From contig NC_042997.1 of assembly GCF_006345805.1 (NCBI RefSeq), forward strand, positions 71,982,001-72,046,000: a stretch of DNA of 64,000 nucleotides, written 5' to 3'. Positions within the stretch are counted from its first letter, which is position 1. The number at the start of each line of letters is the position of its first letter. Shown here one piece after another: positions 39,700-52,045 of this stretch. A program made the position numbers and the translations under genes. The notes beneath the pieces were generated by a model. That model was not told where the DNA came from. It searched no databases and worked only from the letters and a program-made list of their open reading frames with translations. Source of the DNA: Octopus sinensis. Lineage: Eukaryota.

Positions 39700-41135
39700 T
39701 GTAATACGTATGCTTTCAGCTTTCATTTAGTAATGGGAATTTGGGTTGTGTGTTTTTGTATTTGTTGTTTCTTCTTCCTTGGTTAATTTGGTGTTCGTGT
39801 TTTTCTTGTTGCTTGTAAGGTTGCATGTTTGCTTGTTGTTGTTCTTCTTGGTATTATTATGTTGGTTGGCTTGTGGGTGACTGAATTGGGGGCGTTTCAG
39901 GCTCTTTCAACCTTTTGGACCTGCCTTTTGTACTTGGTGATATTGGTAGAATTCAAAGCTGTGATGCTGCTATTAATGTGCTCGTCATTTTCATTCACCA
40001 TTCAGCAAATTTGCTGGTAGGTAGCGCTTCCATTTACCAACACTTTCCCTTTAAACTAAAATTTGATGAAGGCTTCTTCTTAAAGGAAGGTGTCAGTCTT
40101 AATTTCTTCCAATTTGATTTCTCTGACAATCTCTTCCACCAATGATTGATTTTCTTCCCGCCAAAGGAAGGTTCTAGGACGATCGTCATAGCTGATAGCC
40201 GCATCCTCCTTACATGTGATTGCAGGTTTTCGACATAACTCCATAAGTTATGTCGTACAGTACTCGGACAGTAGATAAGTGCTCGGACAGTAGATAAGTA
40301 CTCGGACAGTAGATAAGTGCTCGGAGGATGATTTCATCGCTAAGCGCGCATCTCGGACAGACGTAGCCGACATCACTTTCGTGCTGCGGAGTTTGTATTG
40401 AAGTAGCCATGCCCTCCTGGTAGCACTGCCTGGTGAGGGATTTTTTAAATTATCCGTAGGCTCAGGCCCGAAAGTCTTCCAGAGCAGACTAGTTGGTGGA
40501 TTTTCATCGACACCTAGAGCTTCCCTGAAAACATTGTTTCTTTTGCCCCTCACTAACCCTCTACATAGCTCCAACGTGGGGTTTTTACAGACCGGTATTG
40601 TGTTATGAGTGTTGAGTGACATTAATGATGTCAAAAAAACCCGTCTCAATTTTTGATTGATCTGGGATTATATTTCTGTCATACAAGTCTAGCTAATGAA
40701 AAATTTGTCTGACACACGACGACCAGAACTGTTCATTATCAAGGAATCGCTGCAGATTTAGCAGCTTCAGCGCATACCTGCGCTTCATTATCAACGTTGA
40801 TACAAATCCTCCACGCAACACGTGCTGACAGCAAATGGAGTGTCTCATCCCCCAAAAAAGGGAGAACAGACGCTCCAGTCCAGTGAAGAGTGAATACGGG
40901 CAAGACACAGTTCTTAGGCACTAAATAAATGATGGAAATGGAGTAGGTATTCATCACCTCAGCTTGACGTTTCGAGATTGCTTTTGTCTCAGCACATTTC
41001 AGGTTATGATAGGCCACCCTGCTCATATCTTCGTCCCCGTGGTTCTCCATCTGGAGATTTGGACCAAACCAGACCAAGAGCAATTTAACCGATCCAGCCG
41101 TCCAGTACCTCACGATGCTGTTGAATAGCATATCT
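39700..41135 (-). mobile_element. L1/Tx1-clade ORF2 3' fragment plus 3' UTR
   Basis: LVWFGPNLQME, LERLFSLFW, CCQHVLRGG, KTFGPEPTDN, CPRCALSDE...RALIYCP (zf-RVT-like); CAA-rich tail. Confidence 0.7.
40259..40325. repeat. 19-bp tandem repeat, about 3.5 units
   Basis: agt(a/g)ctcggacagtagata repeated inside the L1/Tx1 fragment. Confidence 0.9.
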
Positions 41136-41169
41136 TGCTGATACAAAAACAAAATAAAGACCATCTAAT

Positions 41170-41882
41170 CTTATATAGACACAAGGCTTACCTCGAAAGG
41201 ATGAAAGGCAAAATCGACCTCGGCAGAATTTGAACTCAGAACAAGATGGATACAATGCCGCTAAACATTTTTCTTGCTGCCTTCTTAATAATAATAATCC
41301 TTTCTACTATTGGCGCAAGGCCTGAAATAGTACTCAAACCGAACCTAGTACTCAACTGGTGCTTATTTTATCGACCCTGAAAGGATGAAAGGCAAAGGCG
41401 AACTCGGCGGAAATTGAACTCAGAACGTAAAGACGGACGAAATACCACGAAGCATTTCCCCCGGCGTACTAACGATCTTGCCAACTCACCGCATTCTTAA
41501 AAATAATAATAATCCTTTCTACTATAGGCACAAGGCCTGAAATTTTGGGGGAGGGGTCTAGTCGATTATATCAACCCCAGTGCTTTACTAGTACTTAATT
41601 TATCGACCCCTAAAGGATGAAATTCAAAATCGACCTCGGCACGTAGCGGCAGGCGAAATACCTATTCTTTACTACCCACAAGGGGCTAAACACAGAGGGG
41701 ACAAACAAACGGATTAAGTCGATTGCATCGACCCAGTGCGTAACTGGTACTTAATTTATCGACCCCGAAAGGATGAAAGGCAAAGTCGACCTCGGCGGAA
41801 TTTGAACTCACAACGTAACGGCAGACAAAATACCGCAAAGCATTTCGCCCGGCGTGCTAACGTTTCTGCCAGCTCGCCGCCT
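41170..41882 (-). mobile_element. Cluster of about four short tRNA-derived SINE copies/fragments
   Basis: Repeated gaaaggatgaaaggcaaa.tcgacctcggc.gaa.ttgaactca; units separated by (TAA)n. Confidence 0.85.
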
Positions 41883-44019
41883 TCTTACTAATGATGATAA
41901 TAATAATAATAATAATAACAACAGCAACAACGAAACTACCAAAATCTGTAAAAGTTTTAGCACTTGATCAATAATTTTGATCATCAAATGTGCCACCATA
42001 GTGCAAAGTTGTTTTTGTTGTTAGTTTCATTTACGTGATCCAGTAAGAAAGCTTGTATCAAACTGTACAGGATTTGTCAAACTACATAAATTATCAAATC
42101 TTTATGTTTCCATCTAATTTATTTCTTCTGGAAGTGGGGAATAATACTATGTTTGATATTTAGTTTGCGTGTATTAGCAGCGAGCTATGGCTCGGAGAGG
42201 AATATGATTGTCCGGTGAAATTAAGTAGTCAGGCGCCTGTGCTTTGAGATCTTTTAAAGTGGTAAGAGAGACTTGTCTCAACAATCTGTAAACCGTAAGG
42301 TACTTGACAGAAAGGCTAGATCTGATTTCAATTACATAAATTCTAGTATGAACATTACCCACATTTACATCTAATATTCTAAACCTGCTTATCCACAAGT
42401 TATAAGAACGGTGTTATCGTGTGTGTGCGTTTGTGTGTGCGCGAGTGTGTGTGTGTGATGACCATCGCTCTTTCCTTTTGATAAGTTAATACAAAAATAA
42501 ATATATTGTATTTTCATAATTCATGACCAACTATGTAACCAAGTCGCAGATAGCAATTGAAAAAGGCTTGGCAATAGCATCTGATACTGAACCATGAATC
42601 CAGCGTTTTCGATAATCAACATAGTAAAAGCAGTGTGGCTTTTTCAAAAAAAATTTCAACAATTATTATTTTCTTTTTTTTTTACCATTCCAAACTCTAA
42701 ATTACTTTTAATTTCTGATATAAGCACAAAACCTCAAATCCTTGGTGATTTGAGGTAATCGAATATGATCGACCTCAATTTCAAACCAAGATGAATGAAA
42801 GAAAAAGCGGACATTGAAAAAATTTGAAAACAGAAATTAAAGAGACGTACCTAAATAGTGAAAGACAATATTTGACCAGCATCCAACTAATCACTGGATA
42901 ACATTTGCAATTAATTTTTATAATGTTTATATGTCCTCTGTGTCATTTCTTACATTTTCATTAAAACAAAAAATATATATAAAGAAGGCGTTGACCAAAT
43001 AAATTTCACTCGGTGGATCATCGCTAGAGGAAATGATAAAGCTATTTCCAGAGGGATTAGAATTTAGAACCTATAGAGACAAGATTCAGTCCGCTTGAAT
43101 TACTATATCAATCATTTTTTATTGGTATTCTAATGAGCATTATAAGCAGAAAGTAATCAACATATGTCAATTCATGATATCCGCTCTTGCTGTGTCTCGT
43201 TCTTTCTTTCTGTATTTGTTTTGTTCTTTTACTTAACAACTAATCATAAACAGAAACTAAACACACAAGCTTCCTTTTTTTCCTCTATTGTATGGCTACT
43301 TGACTGTGAAATTAATACAAACGTGCCAAGTTTACAAACATTTAATTTTCCCCTTCTGTTTTTGACGCAAGTATAAAATCATCATAGACTTGTATTTCCT
43401 TCACAGTAAAACTATCGGAAATCTTATCCTTGCAAGAAAAAATAACCTTATTTGACAAAGCGTCAAAGCAATTTGAGAGCCAGCCAAGTCCAGAACACAT
43501 TTACTGTTCCCACGTAAAGAGGTTTATCCTCTTTATATTAGCTTCATATATATCTGAAAGGATAAGGGATGTGGCAAGTAAAAGCCTTTTCCAAAAATAT
43601 TACTGACTTGAGTCAAATAAAAAGTTAATTTAAACTGAGAATGAAAATTCGACACGACTACTTTGGCTGAAAACTCCATAACCGTCATCATATGTGATGT
43701 GACGTATGAAATGTAAGGTGGGAATTTTCTAAGAAATGGATAATCGGATCTTGTGCTACTAACACTTTGCCAAACGGTATAATAACACAAAACGAAATCC
43801 TTTCAGCAAAGAATATTAAGTAGGTCGCATATTCTTATGCAAAGGGCTTATCTCTTACTCACTGGCGTTCGTTGACAAAATATTCTGAAATATGTGCTCC
43901 GTTTAAATACAAAGAATTCAGTTTACAGCTTGACTTCTAATTTAATTTATCTCACTTTACTTGCGCAGTCAAACATGTCACTGCTGCCTTTTTTTTGTTT
44001 GCTTTGTGTGTGTGTGTGT

Positions 44020-44053
<34 letters not shown>

Positions 44054-44070
44054 CGTGCGTGCGTGCGTGC

Positions 44071-44099
<29 letters not shown>

Positions 44100-44101
<2 letters not shown>

Positions 44102-44300
44102 ACCACGTGTGTATCGTTGGCGATTTTCTTTCTCCGTCTTCTCTCTTCCTTGGACATTTCCTTTTTCTACGTTTCTGACGAAGAGCTCCGCTCGAAATGT
44201 TAAATACTCCTTTCTTTCCTTTCCTTTCCTGAGCGTCCAATAACACTATACTTGTTTCACATCCTCACGTTGTTGTGTTTTCTCTTTCTTCATGTTTGGA
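44100..44300 (+). mobile_element. PLE terminal-repeat fragment of a related family with a canonical-core hammerhead
   Basis: Contains tttCTGACGAaGAGCtccGCTCGAAAtgttaaa and ttcctgagcg, which is shared with the Neptune terminal repeat; ends in (TA)n. Confidence 0.7.
44172..44204 (+). ncRNA. Minimal type I hammerhead
   Basis: uuu CUGACGA a GAGC ucc GCUC GAAA ug U U aaa; stem I is only 3 bp. Confidence 0.65.
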
Positions 44301-44354
<54 letters not shown>

Positions 44355-44408
44355 ATATATATACATATATATATACACACACACATATATATATATACAT
44401 ATATATAC

Positions 44409-44492
<84 letters not shown>

Positions 44493-44700
44493 AGGGATGT
44501 GGCAAGTAAAAGCCTTTTCCAAAAATATTACTGACTTGAGTCAAATAAAAAGTTAATTTAAACTGAGAATGAAAATTCGACACGACTATATATATATATA
44601 TAACGGGAAGCTTTATGAAAATAGACAAAAGACGAAGGCAGGTGGAAAACAAACAAACAATTGTATTAGTATGGCGCTCAGGAAATATAAATAAAACAAG

Positions 44701-44738
44701 TCTTTAACGTTTCGAGCCTACGTTCTTCAACAGAAAGA
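44701..44738 (-). ncRNA. Hammerhead-like motif with an A6U core in the Neptune terminal repeat
   Basis: UCUUU CUGUUGA a GAAC guag GCUC GAAA CG U U AAAGA; 5-bp stem I; same layout as 44172-44204. Confidence 0.55.
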
Positions 44739-44900
44739 TACACAGAGAGAAAAAAACACAGAAAGAAGGAGAGAAAAAAAATGCGTGCAGTAACTAACGA
44801 ACCAACATGGCGATCTGATTTCGGCTAGAAGTCAAAGATCAAACATGAGACGCGAGAGCGAAATTAGGGGAGATAATAGGGTTGAGTGACCAGCTCCAAC

Positions 44901-45120
44901 ATAAGGGTGTGTGTGTGTGTGTGTGTGTATGAGAGAGTATTAGTGCGTATGAGAGGTCTGGACGTGTGTATGTATAGGGTTGGTGTATGTATTAGTATGT
45001 ATTAGTATGTATAAGGGTGTGTGTGTGTGTGTGTGTATGAGAGAGTATTAGTGCGTATGAGAGGTCTGGACGTGTGTATGTATAGGGTTGGTGTATGTAT
45101 TAGTATGTATTAGTATGTAT
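44901..45120. repeat. Two tandem 110-bp units inside the Neptune 3' UTR
   Basis: ataagggtgtg...gagaggtctggacgtgtg...attagtatgt begins at 44901 and again at 45011. Confidence 0.9.
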
Positions 45121-45476
45121 TAGTTGGTGTATGTATTAGTATGGCACATCATATATGATGTGATGTGTAAAGTCGTGTGGTGTAGTGTGGAGAGAGAAGA
45201 GGGGGAGGGGAGAAGAGGGGGAGGGGAGGGAGGGGAGAGAGAGGGGGAGGGGGAGAGAGAGGAGGGGAGAAGGAAGGGGAGGAGGAAGGAGGAAAGAGGG
45301 CGAGGGGGAGAGAGAGGGGGAGAGAGAAGGGGAGTGAGGGAGCAGAGGGAAGGGGAAGAGGGAAGGAGGGAGGGAGAAAGAGGGAAGAAGGGAAGGGGAG
45401 TAGGGGTGAAAGGATGAAGGACTGAAGAAGTAGGGGTCGGGGGGAGAAAGGATAGGTGAGGAGGGGGGGGAGGGGG

Positions 45477-46928
45477 CTAGATGCGGAGGGGGGGAGAGTT
45501 GAGACCAAATGGTGTATAAGAGCGAAGAGAGAAGATTAATTCCTGTTCACGGCGCAAACGGGAATCCGGATGGCCTCTGTGTAAGGACAAACCGAACACA
45601 GATAGGTGTTGCAAGGAGTGACCGGTGGAGCGGAAATGGCGAGAGACCGGTGTGTCGTTCGCAAGGTGGATGTCACGAAGGTGTTCCGCGAACCGGTCAG
45701 CCAAGCGGCGTCCCGTTTGTCCGATGTACAAGGAATGGCAGAGAGAGCAAGAGACGCAATAGATAATATTGCTGGAGGTGCAGGTGAAGGAGTGGATGAT
45801 GGGATAGGGTCGATGATGGGTGCTAGTGAGGAGAGTGGTGTTGGAGAGGTAAGGGCAAGTGCGGCAACGTGGGCGGGAGCAGGGGAACGAGCCGGGTTGG
45901 GAGGTAGGGTCAGGGAAGGAGCTATGGACCAAAAGGTCTCGAAGGTTGTGGGCTCGTTTGAAAGAGGGGAGGGGTCGGTTAGGGAAGAGGTGTGAAGTGG
46001 ACGGGTCGGACTGGAGATGACGGAAAGCTCGAAGAATGGTGCGTTGGAGAGGTAGGGTCGTGGGGTGGTAAGTGAGGGGAAAATGGAGGCGGGAGACTAC
46101 AGGGCGGGTTCGGGGAGAGAGAGCAGATACACGGTCCACGGACCGTGCTCTGGCAAGGGCGGTGTGGATAGTGGTGAGGGGGTATCCACGTAGGGTGAAG
46201 TGGTGAGCCATACGTTGAGACTGAGTCTCAAAGTCATGGTCGTCACTACAGAGCCTACGTAGACGGAGGAATTGGGAATAGGGGATGGAAAGCTTGGTGT
46301 GTTCTGGGTGGGAGGAAGAGAAGTTGAGGTATGAGTGTGAGTCTGTGTGTTTGTAGTGAATGGAGGTGGTAAGAGTGGAGTGAAGAATGCTAACCGAAAT
46401 GTCGAGGAAGGAGACAGAGGTGTTGGAGATAGTGGAAGTGAAGTGGAGGGCTGGATGGAAAGATTGGACGAAAGAGAGGAAGGAATCTAGATGTTCACGG
46501 GAGAGTGAGGTGGCACCGATAATGTCGTCAATGTAACGACCATATAGTTCAGGAGTGGGACCAGTGAAATTAGAGAATATTTGGGCCTCAACATAGCCAA
46601 CGAACAGGTTCGCATAGTTGGGGCCCATTCGCGTTCCCATGGCCACTCCCGAGATCTGATAGTAGAACTCGCCCGCGAACGAGAAGCAGTTCAGAGTAAG
46701 GACAAGTTCGGCCAGACGAATGAGTGTAGAGGTGTCAGGTACAGGGTTGGAGCGGAGGTCAAGAAAGTGTCGAAGGGCCTGCAGTCTTTCGTGGTGAGGG
46801 ATAACCGTATAGAGGCTTTGGATGTCCATAGTAAAAAGGATTTTGGAGGAGCCGGGAGGAAAGGAAAAAGAGTTGAAAAGCCGGAGAGCATGGTTGGTAT
46901 CGTGGATGTGGGAGGGAAGAGATGCCAC
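45477..46928 (-). CDS. PLE reverse transcriptase + GIY-YIG endonuclease, uninterrupted 483-codon frame (N-terminus missing)
   Basis: RT motifs FTMDIQSLYT, QISGVAMGTRMGPNYANLF and GRYIDDI; Cys motif CSRPRCRTC between RT and endonuclease (typical of Neptune); GIY-YIG IIYCVSCSLCHSLYIGQTGR...EH. The frame starts at GTG next to (TA)n, so it is a truncation point rather than a true start. Confidence 0.93.
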   Translation of the reverse strand: MASLPSHIHDTNHALRLFNSFSFPPGSSKILFTMDIQSLYTVIPHHERLQALRHFLDLRSNPVPDTSTLIRLAELVLTLNCFSFAGEFYYQISGVAMGTRMGPNYANLFVGYVEAQIFSNFTGPTPELYGRYIDDIIGATSLSREHLDSFLSFVQSFHPALHFTSTISNTSVSFLDISVSILHSTLTTSIHYKHTDSHSYLNFSSSHPEHTKLSIPYSQFLRLRRLCSDDHDFETQSQRMAHHFTLRGYPLTTIHTALARARSVDRVSALSPRTRPVVSRLHFPLTYHPTTLPLQRTILRAFRHLQSDPSTSHLFPNRPLPSFKRAHNLRDLLVHSSFPDPTSQPGSFPCSRPRCRTCPYLSNTTLLTSTHHRPYPIIHSFTCTSSNIIYCVSCSLCHSLYIGQTGRRLADRFAEHLRDIHLANDTPVSRHFRSTGHSLQHLSVFGLSLHRGHPDSRLRREQELIFSLRSYTPFGLNSPPLRI

Positions 46929-48236
46929 TATATATATATAAACATATATATATACAGAGAGAGAAAGAGGGGAGAGAGGGAAAGAGAGAGACTGCTGTGT
47001 TATGTCGAGTCCTTTTATATCAATAGCTAACTTAGCTATTCGTTAAATTGGGATGAAAATGTAAGTACCAATCTAAAATAATAACTGCTGCTATATAATG
47101 AACTTAGAAACATCTAACGTGGAAAATGACTAAACTCTGTAAAAAGGTTTTGGCAGGGAATGGATCAAACTATGCACAGCAGCATTGATAATTATGATTT
47201 TATGAAAGGTGTGGAGAGTAATTTGAACTCCTTGATATCATGATTCGCCATGCGTTTCACTATAACTACCAACCACAGGTGATAACACTATGCATAGGTT
47301 TCGTATGTCTTGGAGAACCTACAAATATCATGGATATTGCTCCTTTTCTTCTTACGCACAGGACCGAATATATTAGTAGTGAGGCTACTGCTGGTTACTA
47401 CAACACAAATCCCATACTTCTACATATTTTATAGATCCTAGAAAACGAAAAGCTCCGACGTTATTAGAACTCACAATGTAAAGGAAAGTAGCAAAATACC
47501 GCAAGGAATTTTGTCCAACATGCAACAAGCTCTGCCACCCAAAAACTATTAACAAAAGCCTCTAATTTTCCCTAAGGTGAGATATCTAGTGACAGTCATT
47601 ACGTGTGTATATATATATATATTAATTATTCATAGAGATCTAATTACTAAGATGAACAAAAGGTTTTATATACTTTTTTAATGACGTCCTTAATTTGTTA
47701 GAAGGTAATTTCATGCTGTCTTTACTTTAAATAGATAATTAGTTATTCTTCGTAAAATGTTATATATAACTGTTTCTGATGGGCTGTGTTAACCTGTGGG
47801 TGTAGGAGACTACGTGATTGAAGCCACATTATGGACTTCACAAAATTATCTTCTCAGGTATCAATGTTACAGACCATTCAAGGACATATACTTACATGAA
47901 ATCTGCACGCAGACACTCGCACTGCTATATATAAATATATACCTATATATTAATATATATTTATATAAATAAATATACATAAAATGTGTATATGTGTATG
48001 CATACATATATACACGCGCACACGCATTTGTATATTTGATGAATGTATATATATATTATATATATATATATATATTATATACTCGATATAAGGGCAAACA
48101 ATTCACGAGAAAAATAATTCTCCAAAATACAGCAGAATATTCTCCCCCAAAATGCCATGTTATGGTACTGAATCCGGGACTATATGGTTAGGAAGCAAAC
48201 TTCTTACCACACTATCATATATATATTTACTTATTT

Positions 48237-48281
<45 letters not shown>

Positions 48282-49269
48282 ATATATATATAAAGCTCAA
48301 TACAATCAGCAGGATTCAATTCTGATAATGGGGTTGCATGAATTAGTGACTGTAAGCTAGTATCACTTCAAAGATACTGCTCTCTATGTCGTTTCTCTCT
48401 CTCTCACTCTCTCTCCCCCTATCTCTCTCTCTTTCTCTCTTTTCCTCTCTCTCCATTTTCTTTTAGCATACAGACATAATGTCTAAATCTTTTCCCCAGT
48501 TTGAAATGTCCATTTTTTTATATCTGTCAATTTTCTGTTATAAAAAATCCTGAAGAAAAATGTAATACCGATGGATATTTTTCCCTAACTGTTAAAAGTG
48601 AATCTCTCAGTTAAGCTGCTATTTTTGTAACACTCAGGTTTCAATGACCGGTAACTAATTGAATGGCGGTACCATATCATAATGCTCTTGATTGTAAAAG
48701 AATGAGGAAAGTCATAGGTTCATAGTTTTGTATTTCTATACATTTTGTAGGCGCAGTATTATGGCCTAAAGCTAGGCAAAAAATATGAGTTTGAAAATGA
48801 TGTGCTCACTGGGCAATGTACTCTCTTAAATATGGTATAGTATGACTTGAAAGCTTTGATGATAATCCTACTTCAATCAGATTAAGCAACAACAACCACC
48901 ACCACAACTCATTGACGCTTTTCTGTGATCACTAAGCCGTGGATAGATAGTGAGATCTAGATTCAATTTAAAGTCACAAAAATCATGCAAATAATATAAA
49001 GTGATAATGAAAGCAAAGGAAAACATATTGACTCAGGCAGTGGAAACAGGTTGGCTTCATCCATTATTACATTCTATTTAACATTTAGGTTGGGTTACTT
49101 GAACCACAACAAGCCAACAATACCTATGATAAATTAGCAACCCAAGTCTCTTTCAAATTATATCTACTGTCTTTAAAGGATTTTCTGTATCATAGGTATG
49201 CTATGTTTGAAATTAAGACAAGACAGTCATCATAGGAACGTTTTTGAACTTAACTCTGAAGAGAACTGG

Positions 49270-49667
49270 GATGTTTTCGGTTTGACCGGCAGTTTTTTTT
49301 TAATAATTTCCACGTAACTAAACACTTTTAAACTTCGTATACTGGTAGAATGTGTCACATAAAACATCTTTTTCTCTTGGCTCTATTGAGAAAATTCTAT
49401 AGTTTGTAAAATATTTGATGTTTTTTTTCTGCAATTTCAACCAATCAATGACGTCTATTGAGGTGAAAACATTCTGTGCTGTATGAATATGTCCCTCGTT
49501 TAAGAAACAGATTGGGTTTATTTACATTTCTGAAGAAAAACAAGATAACCTTTCCCCCCACCCCTAAAACAGATTGAAATGCAATAGATAGATACTAGGG
49601 TCATAATTATGGGTGACAATTTCATATGACCCCGCTAGAAAAAACTGCTGTTCAAACCGAAAAGATC
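49270..49667. mobile_element. MITE with ~28-bp TIRs
   Basis: gatgttttcggtttgaccggcagttttt / aaaaactgctgttcaaaccgaaaagatc. Confidence 0.8.
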
Positions 49668-50100
49668 TGTGAACTGAGCTAAGGCTAATCAACAGCAGCC
49701 ACCACCACCACCACCACCACCACTATCATCATCTTCTTCTTCAACATTATCAACTTCCACATTCATTTAGCGAGATGTATGTGTGCAATTAGATTTCAAA
49801 AACCATTCTTATTATATTATATACTTAAAATGTTTCACTTGCTCACTAAATGATAAAAGTCTCTTCATGTATTTCCATCCCTTTACCCTCAAACAACGTG
49901 TGTCTGTTATAGTTTGCCAATGTTTTTCTCTCTCTGTCTCCCTCCCATCCACTAAAACTACTTCTAAACGTAATTAATCACTTATAAAGTGAATTGAATA
50001 ACTTGACAAATGAATAAGTTGAATGTGTAGGTGGGTGTATATAGTGTATATAAGCTAATAAATAACTCACCATATATGCAAATTGCCAAGTACCTAAGCA

Positions 50101-50144
<44 letters not shown>

Positions 50145-50172
50145 CTATCTATCTATCTATTTGTATATCTGT

Positions 50173-50289
<117 letters not shown>

Positions 50290-50304
50290 GCGTGTGTGTA
50301 TTTG

Positions 50305-50500
50305 TGTGTCTGTGTTTGTCCCCCTAGCATTGCTTGACAACCGATGGTGGTGTGTTTATGCCCCCGTTACTTAGCGGTTCGGCAAAAGAGACCGATAGAA
50401 TAAGTACTGGGCTTACAAAAGAATAAGTTCCGGGGTCGAGTTACCCGATTAAAGGCGGTGTTCCAGCATGGCCGCAGTCAAATGACTGAAACAAGTAATA
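50305..50500 (+). mobile_element. 3' half of the bipartite SINE
   Basis: gcttgacaaccgatg...ccagcatggccgcagtcaaatgactgaaacaag. Confidence 0.8.
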
Positions 50501-50513
50501 TATATATATATAT

Positions 50514-50549
<36 letters not shown>

Positions 50550-50962
50550 GGAGGAACCGAGTAAAAGAGAAAGGAAGGAAATACATGAAGAGACTTTTAT
50601 CATTTAGTGAGCAAGTGAAACATTTTAAGTATATAATATATTATCTATTACTTGTATATTATATTTAGCTTTTTTATACTTTTGGGTTAGTTAAAAAAAA
50701 ATTAAAAATTTAAAAATATAAAAATTTAAAAATATAAAATTTTTTTAAAAATTTAAAATTTTAATAATTTAAATTTTAAATTCTATATTTTATATATGTT
50801 ATATTTTATGTTAATTATATTTATTTTTTGTTTTTTATGTTTTGGTTTATGTCTATCACTGAGTTTCCTAATAGTGGTTTTATCTCTAATTCAATTTATA
50901 CTGTGAAATTTGATTTAATCTTAAATCTAATTTTTCCCTGTAAGTTTGGATATACTTCCTAA

Positions 50963-51021
<59 letters not shown>

Positions 51022-51963
51022 CATAGTTTATCTACTTGTCAGCGTGTGAGTGTGTGTGTGCGAATCTAGCAGTCTGTGTATCTAGACCTATTCAACTAAT
51101 TCTCTGTTTATGAACATTCTCAACTCATTGCAAGAAATAGAATGAATGGGGGTGGGGAATAGATAGAAAGAGAGAAAGAAAAAGTTAGAAGAAAAAAAGT
51201 TATTTTACTGAAACGTCAAAATGTCAATTTTTAAGAAGCTTTTGAATCAATTTCCGGATTCTAGCAATCGCGTGTATTTGGGGGTTAAAGATAACCTATT
51301 CTTCACATTTTAGATGAAGGGCAAAATTTGTTCTGATCTTCCTCATAAAGCTATTGAGTGAAAGAATTATTTTTTTCTTATGATTAAACCAAGACTTAAG
51401 TGGCTATCTCATGAATTTATTGAGAAGCTGTGTCTAGGTGTTCTGAGAAATCTGTTGATTGAAGCAATTTTCAAACTGGCTCGTTTAACATAACTTCTTA
51501 TGTATATTTCCAGCTTCTGAAAACAGTCTTGCTAACAATTCTTATCAATTTTTAGTTGCGTTCTGAGTATTGAGTTCAAATCATGCAGGAATTGACTTTG
51601 TTGTTTTAGCCATCCGCGAGTTTAATAAAATAAGTACAAGTCGAGTACTAGAGACTTACTACCCTCTCCCACAAAATGTGTGGCTCCGATCCACAATTCG
51701 AAATCGTGTTGGTAAAAGTAAAATATACTTGGAGTCTATTTCAATCGGAAGAGATGGCATTCTTGGGCTTGAACACCAGCTCACAACAAATATTTGCCTT
51801 CAAGAACATTTGAAATACACATACGTTACTTTATTCTTCCTCTCCCTCCGCCTCCATAGACTCTATTGACAATAAGGTGGCGATATCCAATGGCAGATAA
51901 GCTGTTTACCCCAACTGCAATAAAAAAAAGAACTACCATGTTTTCAGAACACTACCCCTCCCT

Positions 51964-52045
<82 letters not shown>

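Larger units (their letters stand above)
43562..44588 (+). repeat. Identical 99-bp direct repeat (43562-43660 and 44490-44588)
   Basis: ataagggatgtggcaag...gaaaattcgacacgacta occurs twice; the second copy is embedded in (TA)n. Confidence 0.92.
44603..46928 (-). mobile_element. Penelope-like retroelement (Neptune-type), 5'-truncated, with 3' UTR and terminal repeat, inserted in (TA)n
   Basis: Contains the RT + GIY-YIG ORF at 45477-46928, then a purine/pyrimidine-skewed tract (45180-45480), a 110-bp tandem duplication and a terminal repeat with a hammerhead-like motif (44701-44738). Both ends abut (TA)n. Confidence 0.92.

Noticed and set aside
40259-40325. Short direct repeats as a possible CRISPR array
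   Set aside because: Contiguous 19-bp units with no spacers, inside a LINE fragment in eukaryotic DNA.
45509-47030. Plus-strand ORFs overlapping the Penelope ORF (also 11276-11626 and 30571-30834 opposite Dong)
   Set aside because: Antisense shadows of TE coding sequence with no independent motifs.
50690-50840. Extremely AT-rich quasi-symmetric tract (also A-rich 20090-20400)
   Set aside because: Low-complexity sequence; the symmetry is expected from composition.
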